From positions 32,001-96,000 of IMG/VR virus record IMGVR_UViG_3300032331_000527: a stretch of DNA of 64,000 bases; one strand, written 5' to 3'. Shown one piece after another: positions 39,101-48,017 of the stretch. A program made the translations under genes and the position numbers. The notes beneath the pieces were generated by a model. The model was not told where the DNA came from. It did no database searches and saw only the letters and a program-made list of their open reading frames with translations. This stretch comes from a virus. Numbering within the stretch: position 1 is the first letter of the stretch; each line of letters begins with the position of its first letter.

Positions 39101-42100
39101 GAGATTGTGTTTGAACAGCAGAAATAGTGAGTGTCCCACCACCATCGCTACTTGTGACTGTTGCGCCTGCTACGAAATTGCCTGTGGCGTTTTCAATATA
39201 GATTCTAGTTCCTACTTTATGACGGATAGTCGCAGTATATGATCCAGAAGTTACTGTTGCGCCGGCTTTAAATGAATTCGTTCCAGGAGTTGTAGTGAAC
39301 GTGACACGCTGATCTTTAGATACACCAGCAGGAGTTACGTTCGTGCGAACAACATATGTTGAATTAGACGTATAATGTAGTGGTGTTTCGTCAATCGTGA
39401 AACGAGGACGCATTTGACCTTTTTCAGGATCGATCGCGATCTTATAATCAAGATCAAACACATTACCTACTGCGTGTGAAGTAAATGAGTCAACGAGAAT
39501 ACCGTTCTTGAAACGATCAGCACCGGCATTATCTTGAACGAGCATGTCACTCGCGCTCTTCTCAAGAAGATTGAGAGAAGTGTAATATTCAAGACGATCG
39601 ATACGTTGAGCAATTTGTCCTATATCTTTCATCGTATAACGACGATTGCTTAGCTTTTTAAGACCAATAGCTTGATCTGGACGTCCATAACGACGAGCCA
39701 TAACAGCAGGGATTGAAGGATATGGAGAAACTCCAATCATAGCCATAGCCATAACATCATCAGGAACTGTTGGTGGAACTGGTCTTTGACCAGCAACGCC
39801 GCGAGTAATATTAAGTTTACCTTTTTCAGTTAAACCGACGATGTCGATACGAGATTGATAATAACTAAGATCTGTTGTGAAATCTTCATTTGGTGGAGTA
39901 AAATGCAAACCGCCTGAAGGAAGAACGAAAGTATTCGCTACCTTTGGATTAATAGAAATATTTGTCAGAGATGTTACGCTATTGGCACTATCTGTTTTTC
40001 TAGGACGGAAATCCACACTATCTCTAAGATCGTATGTTGTGCCTGATGTTTTTGATTTGTATAGAGGAATTTCGTATGTGAATATCTTAGCTGTATCTGT
40101 TCCTGCCGTAGCATCATTAACTGGATAAGAGTCTACAGAAAAGAATCCTCTACCAGAAGTACCATGAGCAAGATAATCTAACTTAACAAGCAAACGATCG
40201 TTCGCACTAATTGTTAATGAGCTAGAAGGAATCTTAACTAGCTTGGCGTGATCATAGAAACTGTCTTCCATTCCCGAATCTAGAACGAATTGTGAAGTAA
40301 CATCAGACCCATCTGTAGTTGTTACGAAATTTGAACCGTTCTTCTTGCGAACTGATACGAGTTTAAATCCGTCCGAGAATCCAAGAGGCCAAGGTCCAGA
40401 CGTGTTAGCCACATATGAAGTTCCGCCACCATTGTTTACGTTGATTTGTACCAAACGTCCACGTTGAACAGTTTTCGTTTCTTCTTGTGAAAGCAGCTTG
40501 TTTAATTTTACGATTACTGTTGCGTCGAGCGTTCCCGCTCCCGCGATAGTTTCGTTCAGATTTAGAACAGCCGTATTCAATGGTGTACCAGAAGGAGTAA
40601 TAGCACGAGCGCCATTTCTTCCATATCCAGCAAAATCAAGAATTTGTCCGCCTTTAAATTTCTTAAAGTATGCACCGTTCGTTATTGTAGAACCAGCATT
40701 GTTCAGAACGCTAAGAGTCGTTGCGCCAACTGCACTTACGATAAAGTCTCCTGCGAGACCAATATTGATAATATCGCCTACAGCTACTTGTCCAGTGAAG
40801 TTAGGTGTTGTTGAACCTTGTGTTACTGTGTTAGCACCACTTGTGATAGATACAGTACCTGTTAGAGTAGATGTGTTTGCGTTTCCACGAGAAACAATAT
40901 ACCAATCAGAACGCTGTCCGTCTGAGCTGAGAGCAACACCAGCACTTCCATCGTATGTTTCATCCGCTGCGCCAGTCGACAATGAATATGTACCGGCAGA
41001 GTTGAACGTGATATCAAATGATTTATAGAATGTGAAATCGTTTCTAACTGCATCGCTGCTGCTACGAAGCTTTCTTATAGCTGTAGCAGGCAAACGAAAA
41101 AGCGCAGTATCATAATTTGGTGAAGTCATTGCTGCAGCAGGAGAAGCTACGATATCAGCTTTTCCTAGAACAGTACCTGTTCCTCCGTTGTATCCAATGG
41201 ACTGAACATTCTTGAACGTGTATCCGGCATTCAATTTGATATCTGTTAGATATAGTTTATAGAAAGCTCCAGGAGTACCAGGAGTTCCGCTATAATATTC
41301 AACACCACGAACACGAGCTTTACCTACTTCGTTTCCTGGAAAATTAGTTGATGAATACACTTTTGTGAAAACTGCATTCGCTTGTAGCGTACGAAGTGAA
41401 ACAACGCCTTGTTGATTTAAATCCCACTGTCCGCATACGTTACGCACAATAACATAGTTGCCGTAATCAGCAAGAGTCTTGGCGTCGGCAATTGTTTGAT
41501 AATCAATACCCTTATCAATAGTTTTGCTTGTTGAAACAATACGATCTACGTCATATCCATGAACATAAGCTTTTCCTGGCTCTGCGAACACAACAAGCTG
41601 TGATGAATTTCCGCCTTCTCCTGATGTGTAGATACCTTGATTGTTACCAGTCTTTAGATGCTCTTTGACGCTGATATTGAATCCTTGTACAACATAGTCT
41701 CCAGATTCATCGTATGTACGACTAGCAATATAATCACGAATTTTAGCATATTCTGTTTTTGTAGAAGTAGACTGAATAGTACCATTTTTAACTTGCATAA
41801 GTTCTACGAATGTATTTGATACAGTAGCAGTTAGATCTACTGCAATGATAGGCGCAGTCAATTTAAGACGAGCTGCGCCAGGAGCTGCATAATTATACGC
41901 TCCGCTCGCTGGATCTAGGAGAGTTCCGTCGTCGACTTCAGTTACGATTGTTTCTGCTACGTCAAATCCTACACGAGCACTACCAGTCGTAGAATATTTA
42001 CTGATAACAACTGTTTGAGCAGGAACGCGAATGAAGTGATCTTTAGCATAGATAACGCCGGCATTAAAAGTAGCTGCCGTTCCAATACCCGCAGCTCCAC

Positions 42101-42632
42101 CTTGCGCAGAAGTGATAGTGTTGGCATAAAGGATTGAACCGGTTGCGGCTACTGTGCGAATGATTTCATTGTTAGCGAAATAACGATAACCAGTAGAATT
42201 ATTAGCCGCAAGATACTTTACAAATAAAGTTTTCGTACCAGATCCAGCTGAATTTGCTTCTGAACCATCATTCGTATTGATAACAGTAGCAAGAACGCCA
42301 GAAGTCTGACCCTTAATGATTTGATTTTGGAAATTCGTTACGACTACGGTATTGCTAGTCGAATTCTTATCACGAAGCTTTAGATAGTAGTAATCTGTAT
42401 CATAATACATCTCCATGCCCTTAACAGTAGAGCCTTCCTTGAAGATGTTTTCTGCGAAACGATCGATTTGATTTTGAAGGATTGTTTGCATCTGCGTAAG
42501 TTCACGAGCCTGTACAGCCAATCCTGGACGGAAAAGAATTCTATGGAAATTCTTTGTTTCGTCAAAATCGTCGTAGTATGGATCTACGTTGAAATTCGTA
42601 GATAGCGATACGTTATTTGCGTCTAAAGCCAT
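36141..42632 (-). CDS. Large virion structural protein (DUF4815-type)
   Basis: NVDPYYDDFDETKNFHRILFRPGLAVQARELTQMQTILQNQI, RTYDESGDY, RYTMKDIG..RLEYYTSL, DPLAQTF, PPRVRDLRAIAL. Confidence 0.88.
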   Translation of the reverse strand: MALDANNVSLSTNFNVDPYYDDFDETKNFHRILFRPGLAVQARELTQMQTILQNQIDRFAENIFKEGSTVKGMEMYYDTDYYYLKLRDKNSTSNTVVVTNFQNQIIKGQTSGVLATVINTNDGSEANSAGSGTKTLFVKYLAANNSTGYRYFANNEIIRTVAATGSILYANTITSAQGGAAGIGTAATFNAGVIYAKDHFIRVPAQTVVISKYSTTGSARVGFDVAETIVTEVDDGTLLDPASGAYNYAAPGAARLKLTAPIIAVDLTATVSNTFVELMQVKNGTIQSTSTKTEYAKIRDYIASRTYDESGDYVVQGFNISVKEHLKTGNNQGIYTSGEGGNSSQLVVFAEPGKAYVHGYDVDRIVSTSKTIDKGIDYQTIADAKTLADYGNYVIVRNVCGQWDLNQQGVVSLRTLQANAVFTKVYSSTNFPGNEVGKARVRGVEYYSGTPGTPGAFYKLYLTDIKLNAGYTFKNVQSIGYNGGTGTVLGKADIVASPAAAMTSPNYDTALFRLPATAIRKLRSSSDAVRNDFTFYKSFDITFNSAGTYSLSTGAADETYDGSAGVALSSDGQRSDWYIVSRGNANTSTLTGTVSITSGANTVTQGSTTPNFTGQVAVGDIINIGLAGDFIVSAVGATTLSVLNNAGSTITNGAYFKKFKGGQILDFAGYGRNGARAITPSGTPLNTAVLNLNETIAGAGTLDATVIVKLNKLLSQEETKTVQRGRLVQINVNNGGGTSYVANTSGPWPLGFSDGFKLVSVRKKNGSNFVTTTDGSDVTSQFVLDSGMEDSFYDHAKLVKIPSSSLTISANDRLLVKLDYLAHGTSGRGFFSVDSYPVNDATAGTDTAKIFTYEIPLYKSKTSGTTYDLRDSVDFRPRKTDSANSVTSLTNISINPKVANTFVLPSGGLHFTPPNEDFTTDLSYYQSRIDIVGLTEKGKLNITRGVAGQRPVPPTVPDDVMAMAMIGVSPYPSIPAVMARRYGRPDQAIGLKKLSNRRYTMKDIGQIAQRIDRLEYYTSLNLLEKSASDMLVQDNAGADRFKNGILVDSFTSHAVGNVFDLDYKIAIDPEKGQMRPRFTIDETPLHYTSNSTYVVRTNVTPAGVSKDQRVTFTTTPGTNSFKAGATVTSGSYTATIRHKVGTRIYIENATGNFVAGATVTSSDGGGTLTISAVQTQSPGLLVTLPYSHKVLVNQPYASTTRNGSGASYSYRGTMTLTPDSDYWCDTVQGPDTNIMIDQNTDAWEYLASTWPATWNAPITSFTGAPVLTGSVTVDTAYQQQWLMGNAAGGGDTLVTSASTQTTSTYATPTITTQTGNQTGIKVNTNTQSYGNIVKDTSIIPFMRSRMILFKIEGMRPSSTLYAFFDDTYVSAYVTPLTEAEYLSGLKDSNGNPVKPASAEGSAMVVGSGGFIYGVFRLPNDAALKFKTGTKRLRFVDNATNSSTKGQYTTAAEAQYTAEGLSSTVSALSTTTKSVEITQTALLKSSTGSQSSTSVATGSRIVSVQDFAPANEQDPLAQTFVVTGRHTAQIETSGMYITKMDLYFQGKDAKLGVEIQLREVDPASGTITRRVLPYGRVTLQPDDVNISDDATVPTPVYFPAPVYLSDETEYAVLVAPIATNPNYLIHTAVIGMNDYTGIGAARALKGEGARISEQPASGVLYYSSNDRIYEPVIDEDLKYTAYYAEFDTSNVGNLIVKNPARDTFNIANTTGALSRTGEVIHGETRIVGNFATTSGTWTGAAAAANGNISIGRHVTNGSAYVVGVTSGATGKIVKFATDAIRVREVSAGTPFRGGEQVRVKIANNAYRNATNGQLILTSSATTSATYPTGRVYYYDSTNYANTRLVVANVSYINTGPAFANARLFLAGTYIKGQTNGYSGRIVSIINLAMDNVNLITNMIQPSNNQVRAYAKMATSTSARDTTFFKLNMNGDNEFSVPRYILSRSNESNTAATSATMATNRSVEIMYQLDGRNKVASPAIDLSRITLYSTHNLISTATAIGTTEDYVQFGGSSEARYITRIVTLADGQDAEDLRAYLTVYKPSGSDILVYMKALNASDSDTMDQARWIPMTLNTDQGFTSGTRYSSSENKNDFIELVYDVPDYAASSGSPYKFGSNTSSGIYKYLNTAKAKFETFKYFQIKIVLINSTSTNPPRVRDLRAIALQV

Positions 42633-42644
42633 GATACCTTCCGA

Positions 42645-44441
42645 TTAATAACTTATTGTGATCTTGTAATCTTCTGTTTGCGCAGGCGATCTGAAGACAG
42701 GATCTCTTATCTCAGTATATATGACTGCGCCAGAGAACAATTTTAGAGCAGGCTTAGATACAGAAACGACGTTCGCCGTCACACCTGTAGTTTGCCCAAC
42801 AACAAGTTCGTTTGTTTGAAAACCTAATCCAATTCCATTAGTCGTCACGCGAATCATCTTCAGATGTCCAGATGTTCTCGCGCCGTTGGTGTTAGCGAAA
42901 TAAACTAAACGAGCTTTAGCTTTGCTCTTTTGTCCTAGAATAATTTCATCGCCTTGAAAATCTCCCGACACATATGTAACACCAAGATTCGTTGTTTGAT
43001 CAATAACAGAAGTATTTGCGATTGATCCATTAGCAAATAGAGGATCTTGGATCAATCCGATGATTCTAAAGTCGTTGTTAGTAGGGAACGTTTCCGATTC
43101 TGAACCAGCAGTACGAACGTTAAACATAACAGACGTTCCGTATAGCTCATCAACTGGGTCCGAACCGTGTCCGCCTAAAGGAGAAATGACTGGTCTAGCT
43201 GTAGCACCGTATCCATTATTAGACGTGATCGTTACGTTAGCTGACGAATATGAACGTCCTTGATTAATGATCTTAATGTATTTAATTTGTCCACCAGTTG
43301 TATTCGACACATACGCAGTCGCGCGAGAGTCAATTGTTCCTCCAGAATCACCTCGAATCGTAACGAGAGGAGAGATAATATAACGACTCGAAGTTGTTGG
43401 TGTTGTAGAAAAAGCAGAGTTAACGATCAGAGTATTATTAGAACCATAATACTTCGTGATTTTTCTATACTCGCCAGCACCAGCACCTTCACTGATAAAC
43501 AATCCGGATCCCGTCCATACGCCGTCCGCCTGAAGAGAATTTGATTTTAACGTGAACGCAACCGTGTTGACAATCGCAGAAAAAAGATTTGACGTTGCAA
43601 TATAATTAGTACCATTAGCCAACATATTAACGTGATGGATTGCGCCATTAGCTGCGTTTGTTTGTACGCTCCATTGTGAAGAACCGTCATTGCTCTTCAG
43701 AGTTTTAACAGGAATAAAATCTGTTGAACGGAACTTGATGATTTCACCAGCCGTTACTGTGTACATATATTTCCAACGATATTTATCAGCAGTTATAATG
43801 ATCGAAGATGGATCCGTACCAGTTGGTTTATAATACGAATTCGCACCGCGATTGTTATCGATGCACTTATAGACGTTGGAATCATCAGTAAAGACAAAAA
43901 ACTCTTTGTTATACAAAGCATAATCTGTGTCATCGTATTTATCGTAATAATGATTGTACGCCCAATTATAACGATAACATACGTGTGTAGCATCAGAAAC
44001 TTGCACTTTTTTCAGAGAAATCATATTACGCCAAATATCATAATATAAGTTTTGATAGCTATCTTCTACTTCAGGCGGATCTTGTTCTGAAAAAAGTTTA
44101 CGGATATATGCGTTAGCGCCTGTCGTATTAGAACCATTCGGACGAGGCGATACGATCATTGTTTGTGCTGTTTTTATTGAAACAACACGTACAGTTTGAG
44201 TTTGATTCGTAACGCCTACATAATCACCGACAGCTAATTCAGTATTGAATAAAGTACCTTGTCCAACAATCGTGTTGCTTGTGTAATTAGTTTTCACCTT
44301 TCCAGTCAAAGGAATGCTATTCGCAAGCGCATAGCTCTTCGCGATGAAAAGATAATAGTTAGTAGGATTGCTTTCACTCACCGATTCAAACATCTGAATC
44401 GCTTGATGAACCTTAAAATGACGAGGTACTAATACTGACAT
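42645..44441 (-). CDS. gp8: Baseplate wedge subunit
   Basis: WRNMISLKKV, RYNW, VYKCIDNN, DKYRWKYMY, ISPLGGHGSDPVDEL, NDFRIIGLI. Confidence 0.88.
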   Translation of the reverse strand: MSVLVPRHFKVHQAIQMFESVSESNPTNYYLFIAKSYALANSIPLTGKVKTNYTSNTIVGQGTLFNTELAVGDYVGVTNQTQTVRVVSIKTAQTMIVSPRPNGSNTTGANAYIRKLFSEQDPPEVEDSYQNLYYDIWRNMISLKKVQVSDATHVCYRYNWAYNHYYDKYDDTDYALYNKEFFVFTDDSNVYKCIDNNRGANSYYKPTGTDPSSIIITADKYRWKYMYTVTAGEIIKFRSTDFIPVKTLKSNDGSSQWSVQTNAANGAIHHVNMLANGTNYIATSNLFSAIVNTVAFTLKSNSLQADGVWTGSGLFISEGAGAGEYRKITKYYGSNNTLIVNSAFSTTPTTSSRYIISPLVTIRGDSGGTIDSRATAYVSNTTGGQIKYIKIINQGRSYSSANVTITSNNGYGATARPVISPLGGHGSDPVDELYGTSVMFNVRTAGSESETFPTNNDFRIIGLIQDPLFANGSIANTSVIDQTTNLGVTYVSGDFQGDEIILGQKSKAKARLVYFANTNGARTSGHLKMIRVTTNGIGLGFQTNELVVGQTTGVTANVVSVSKPALKLFSGAVIYTEIRDPVFRSPAQTEDYKITISY

Positions 44442-44444
44442 TTA

Positions 44445-45041
44445 TTAGGCAGACGCTGTGTAGGTAATGTTAACAACGTCACCAGAAGCGATCGTCTTAT
44501 CTCCACCAGTGAACAAACCAGCTGAATAAAGGACGCCAGAAAAGCCACCTTTCTTAGCAGCACCACCACCAACACCACCACTATTGTTATTGGCCATAAG
44601 GAACGTACCCTTAACTGTGTTAGCTGAAGTGATAGAGTATACTGCAGCCGTTGATGTAGCTTTTGAACCGCTTGCTGCAACAGAAAATGTAGGCTGAGGA
44701 CGAGCAGGTTGTGAATAACCGAAGAATTCTGTCCAACCCGTATGGGAGTTTGCAGTATCGCCGACGGCAACTGCTGTGTAGCTGGTTGAGCTGATCATTC
44801 CGAGGAACACCTTACCACCAGCAACTCCTGAATATGTGTTGCTCGCTAGATATGTGTTCAGAAGATGATTCTTACCCTGTGTAGTCACGAGATTGTCGAA
44901 TTCTTCTTCCCACTTAAGATTTCCTTGTACGTCAAAGCACTTTGCTGTATACTTTCCTGTTATATTAACTGATTCCACTTCCTTAGCTCCTCTGATAACT
45001 GAAGCATCTGCGGCTTCCATCGGTTTAATAAGTTCTGACAT
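44445..45041 (-). CDS. Putative baseplate/fibre-attachment structural protein
   Basis: FDNLVTTQGKNHLL..GVLYSA..KTIASGDVVNITY, a motif set common in phage tail proteins. Confidence 0.65.
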   Translation of the reverse strand: MSELIKPMEAADASVIRGAKEVESVNITGKYTAKCFDVQGNLKWEEEFDNLVTTQGKNHLLNTYLASNTYSGVAGGKVFLGMISSTSYTAVAVGDTANSHTGWTEFFGYSQPARPQPTFSVAASGSKATSTAAVYSITSANTVKGTFLMANNNSGGVGGGAAKKGGFSGVLYSAGLFTGGDKTIASGDVVNITYTASA

Positions 45042-45056
45042 TTTGTCTCCTATGCG

Positions 45057-45064
45057 TATTTATA
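45057..45064 (-). promoter_or_regulatory. T4-type late promoter (TATAAATA)
   Basis: Exact consensus; intergenic, followed by an AGGAG SD. Confidence 0.8.
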
Positions 45065-45071
45065 CTGTTTG

Positions 45072-48017
45072 TTATGGAACTGAACTGTACCAGATTCTCG
45101 TATTCGCTGAAACAGGGTCGAAATTGGTGCGAATCGTGAATGCTGTATTTGAGAAGATCGCATTGACCTGATATATTGGAGATCCACCGACAGGAACACC
45201 AGCTGTTGTAATGATATATAGGTTGGAACCAACATCACCAACCGAAACAGTACCAGTGTTGGCTTTAAGCGCACCGTTTGCGAATTTCGCGCCGATTGAA
45301 CCCGAAGTAACAAGGCGCGGAGTCCCGTCCAGAGCGCCAACAGGAACGCCAGCATAAGGAGCAATTTGAGAACTTGCATATACTGAAATGATATTGTTTG
45401 CATATTGAACAACACCATATATGCCAGACATAAGGGCAAATCGTTGTCCCTGATGCGTAGCAGCAGCGGTAATCGTTTCAGTGATCTGAGTGTTAGCTGT
45501 GTAGGTCGCAGTATGTGTAGCAGTTGAAGTAACAGACTCAGAAGCGAACGTGTTAGCTGTGTATACACCAATCGCAGATTCTGTTGCTGTAATAGATTCA
45601 GTTGCGAACGTGTTAGCTATGAACGTTGCTGCATGTGTAGCAATCGAAGTTATCGTTTCAGTAGCGAACGTGTTAGCTGTATATGTAGCTGTATGTGCGG
45701 CAGTCGAAGTGACAGATTCTGTAGCGAACGTGTTAGCTGTATATGTAGCTGTATGTGCGGCAGTCGAAGTGACAGATTCAGAAGCAAACGTATTAGCAAT
45801 ATAAGTGACAGAATGAGCAGCAGTTGCTGTAATAGATTCAGAAGCGAATGTGTTAGCTGTATAGGTGACTGAATGTGTGTCAGTTGATGTTACAGATTCT
45901 GTGGCAAACGTGTTAGCTGTGTATGTAGCTGTATGAGCAGCAGTTGATGTTACAGATTCTGTGGCGAATGTGTTAGCTGTGTATACGCCAGTATGTGTAG
46001 CAGCTGCTGTAATAGCTTCTGTTACATTTATACCACCAGTGTATGACGCAAGAGCAGAAGGAGTATCTGTAGCCACAATTTTTTCTACGATATTGCGGCG
46101 AGTAACAACAGCTGAGCTATCAATAACTGTAGGATCGAGTGTGATACCTGATGAATGGATATAGTCGCCAAACATCTTTGTTCCTGCTGGATGCAGCAAC
46201 GCTTTGACGATGTCTTTATATTTTTCTACCGTTTCAGTTAGACGAAGAACGTAAGAGAATTCTTGATAGTAATAGTTGTCCTGGAGTCGATTGTTCCAGC
46301 TCAAGAATCCCTTCGTGTCGAGATAACGACCTGGGAACGAAACGAATCCAGAAGGTTTAACTGAAGAGTATGAATTAAACGTCTTCTTACGAATTGTGTA
46401 TTTCGTATTCGCGGCTCCGCTCACGCGAGATCCTGTGTAAGAATCTGTTATTAGCGTGTTACCCTGAGTCGTATTGATAATCGTAGCACGACCAGTTTTA
46501 TTGAAATCTGCGCCAGGACTTACTATTGCAATTTTTACGATTGCACCTGGTGCATTGTTTGTCGTGACAACGCAGTTGTTTCCAAGAACGTTGCCATACG
46601 TGTCAGCAAGATTAAGCTTGGAAATGCTATCGTCAACGATACGAATTGTAGGTAGAGTCGTATATCCATATCCAGGATTTGAAATAGCGATAGCATTGAT
46701 ACTGAAAATATCTGTGCTGCTGTAGTTCAACGCAGAAACAATTCGTGTTGAAATGTTGGCACCAGCCAATCCAATATATGCGTTAGCACCAGAACCAGCT
46801 ATAGTAACTGTTGGAGTGAAGGCAGAAATGAAAGCTGTTGCGTTAACAATAGAATGAACACGCATTGTGTTGGCTGATCCGAACACGCGGACCAGATTTC
46901 CAACTGCTAATTGATTAACAAAACTTGTTCCTACACCAATAACGGTATTTGATACAGAAGATAATTTTACTGCGCCTGATAGTTTTCTGTAAACAGTAGA
47001 TGTATTCGCAACACCACCAGAAACAGGTCTAGCAAAAAATTGAGAATTGAGACGCACGTTTCTAACAGAACCAATTAGATCTGTGTTGATATTAAGACCA
47101 GAAATAGGCTCGGAACTAAACGAAGCGATAGTGGCTTCAAATCCAGTACCGTTTCCCCCTGAAATAATTAAGCGTGTATTTTCTTTTGTGTATCCGTTAC
47201 CGCCCTTAGCAACTTTAGCTGTTACGGCACTTTTGTTTGAAACTTCTGTGATTCTTCCGATAGCTGCTTGAGTTGAACCAGCACCATCGATACTAACTTG
47301 TTCGCCTTGTGTGTGATAAGCTCCACCGTCAATAACACCGACTTCAATAAGCGATCCCGTTTGAGCATTAACCGTTACGAAATTATCTGTATTGTCAATG
47401 TCAACAACACGCTCACCATCGGAAAAGTTTCCAACGATCTGCTCTAGTGACATATCATAAACTGTTAGACCAGAAGCATCTTTACAAAGAATATCCTGCA
47501 CGTATGCAGTAGCACCAGATACTACGCCTCGAATTCTTCTACCTTCAAATAAACGAGGATTTTCGCTAACAGGATCACCGACACGAAGACGAATTTCTTT
47601 AGTCCATCGTCCGTCAGAAGCGCGAAGAATATCATCGCCTGGATAGTAAAATTCTAGCTCTTTATTAAAGAGTGCACGGAACAGGAATTTATATGATTCT
47701 TGTGAACCACGAGCGCGATAAAACTCACGAATATGTTTGGCTAATAGGCGTTTGTTGGCAAGAACAGATCCTGGAATATTAACCATGAACTCTTTACGAA
47801 AATATTCAACAAAAGAATCGACTGTTCTGTCTATGTCTTGATTATCAATAAGAGAACGTGCTTCGTAGACAGGACTACCTGGTTGCTCCATATATTCAAA
47901 ATAAGCTTTAAGGAACGCAACAAATTGCGGACCTTCCTCACGAACGAAACCAGGAAACTGTGTTTCGACCTGTGAAGAAATCTTTTTGAATAGTTCCTGT
48001 GAGCCAGCTATTGCCAT
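45072..48017 (-). CDS. gp7: Baseplate wedge initiator (gp7-like) with C-terminal repeat stalk
   Basis: QFPGFVREE..FVAFLKAYFEY, FYRARGSQES, LRASDGRW, QDNYYYQEFSY, LLHPAGTKMFG; lies between gp6 and gp8. Confidence 0.8.
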   Translation of the reverse strand: MAIAGSQELFKKISSQVETQFPGFVREEGPQFVAFLKAYFEYMEQPGSPVYEARSLIDNQDIDRTVDSFVEYFRKEFMVNIPGSVLANKRLLAKHIREFYRARGSQESYKFLFRALFNKELEFYYPGDDILRASDGRWTKEIRLRVGDPVSENPRLFEGRRIRGVVSGATAYVQDILCKDASGLTVYDMSLEQIVGNFSDGERVVDIDNTDNFVTVNAQTGSLIEVGVIDGGAYHTQGEQVSIDGAGSTQAAIGRITEVSNKSAVTAKVAKGGNGYTKENTRLIISGGNGTGFEATIASFSSEPISGLNINTDLIGSVRNVRLNSQFFARPVSGGVANTSTVYRKLSGAVKLSSVSNTVIGVGTSFVNQLAVGNLVRVFGSANTMRVHSIVNATAFISAFTPTVTIAGSGANAYIGLAGANISTRIVSALNYSSTDIFSINAIAISNPGYGYTTLPTIRIVDDSISKLNLADTYGNVLGNNCVVTTNNAPGAIVKIAIVSPGADFNKTGRATIINTTQGNTLITDSYTGSRVSGAANTKYTIRKKTFNSYSSVKPSGFVSFPGRYLDTKGFLSWNNRLQDNYYYQEFSYVLRLTETVEKYKDIVKALLHPAGTKMFGDYIHSSGITLDPTVIDSSAVVTRRNIVEKIVATDTPSALASYTGGINVTEAITAAATHTGVYTANTFATESVTSTAAHTATYTANTFATESVTSTDTHSVTYTANTFASESITATAAHSVTYIANTFASESVTSTAAHTATYTANTFATESVTSTAAHTATYTANTFATETITSIATHAATFIANTFATESITATESAIGVYTANTFASESVTSTATHTATYTANTQITETITAAATHQGQRFALMSGIYGVVQYANNIISVYASSQIAPYAGVPVGALDGTPRLVTSGSIGAKFANGALKANTGTVSVGDVGSNLYIITTAGVPVGGSPIYQVNAIFSNTAFTIRTNFDPVSANTRIWYSSVP
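45470..46020 (-). repeat. About 9 tandem 60-bp (20-aa) repeats, E(S/T)(V/I)T(S/A)TAAHTATYTANTFA(T/S)
   Basis: Visible as a line-to-line repeat; units at 45661 and 45721 are identical except for the last base. Confidence 0.92.

Noticed and set aside
45470-46020. Regular 60-bp periodicity suggesting a CRISPR array
   Set aside because: There are no unique spacers; the units are in-frame coding repeats varying largely at synonymous positions, and no cas genes are present.
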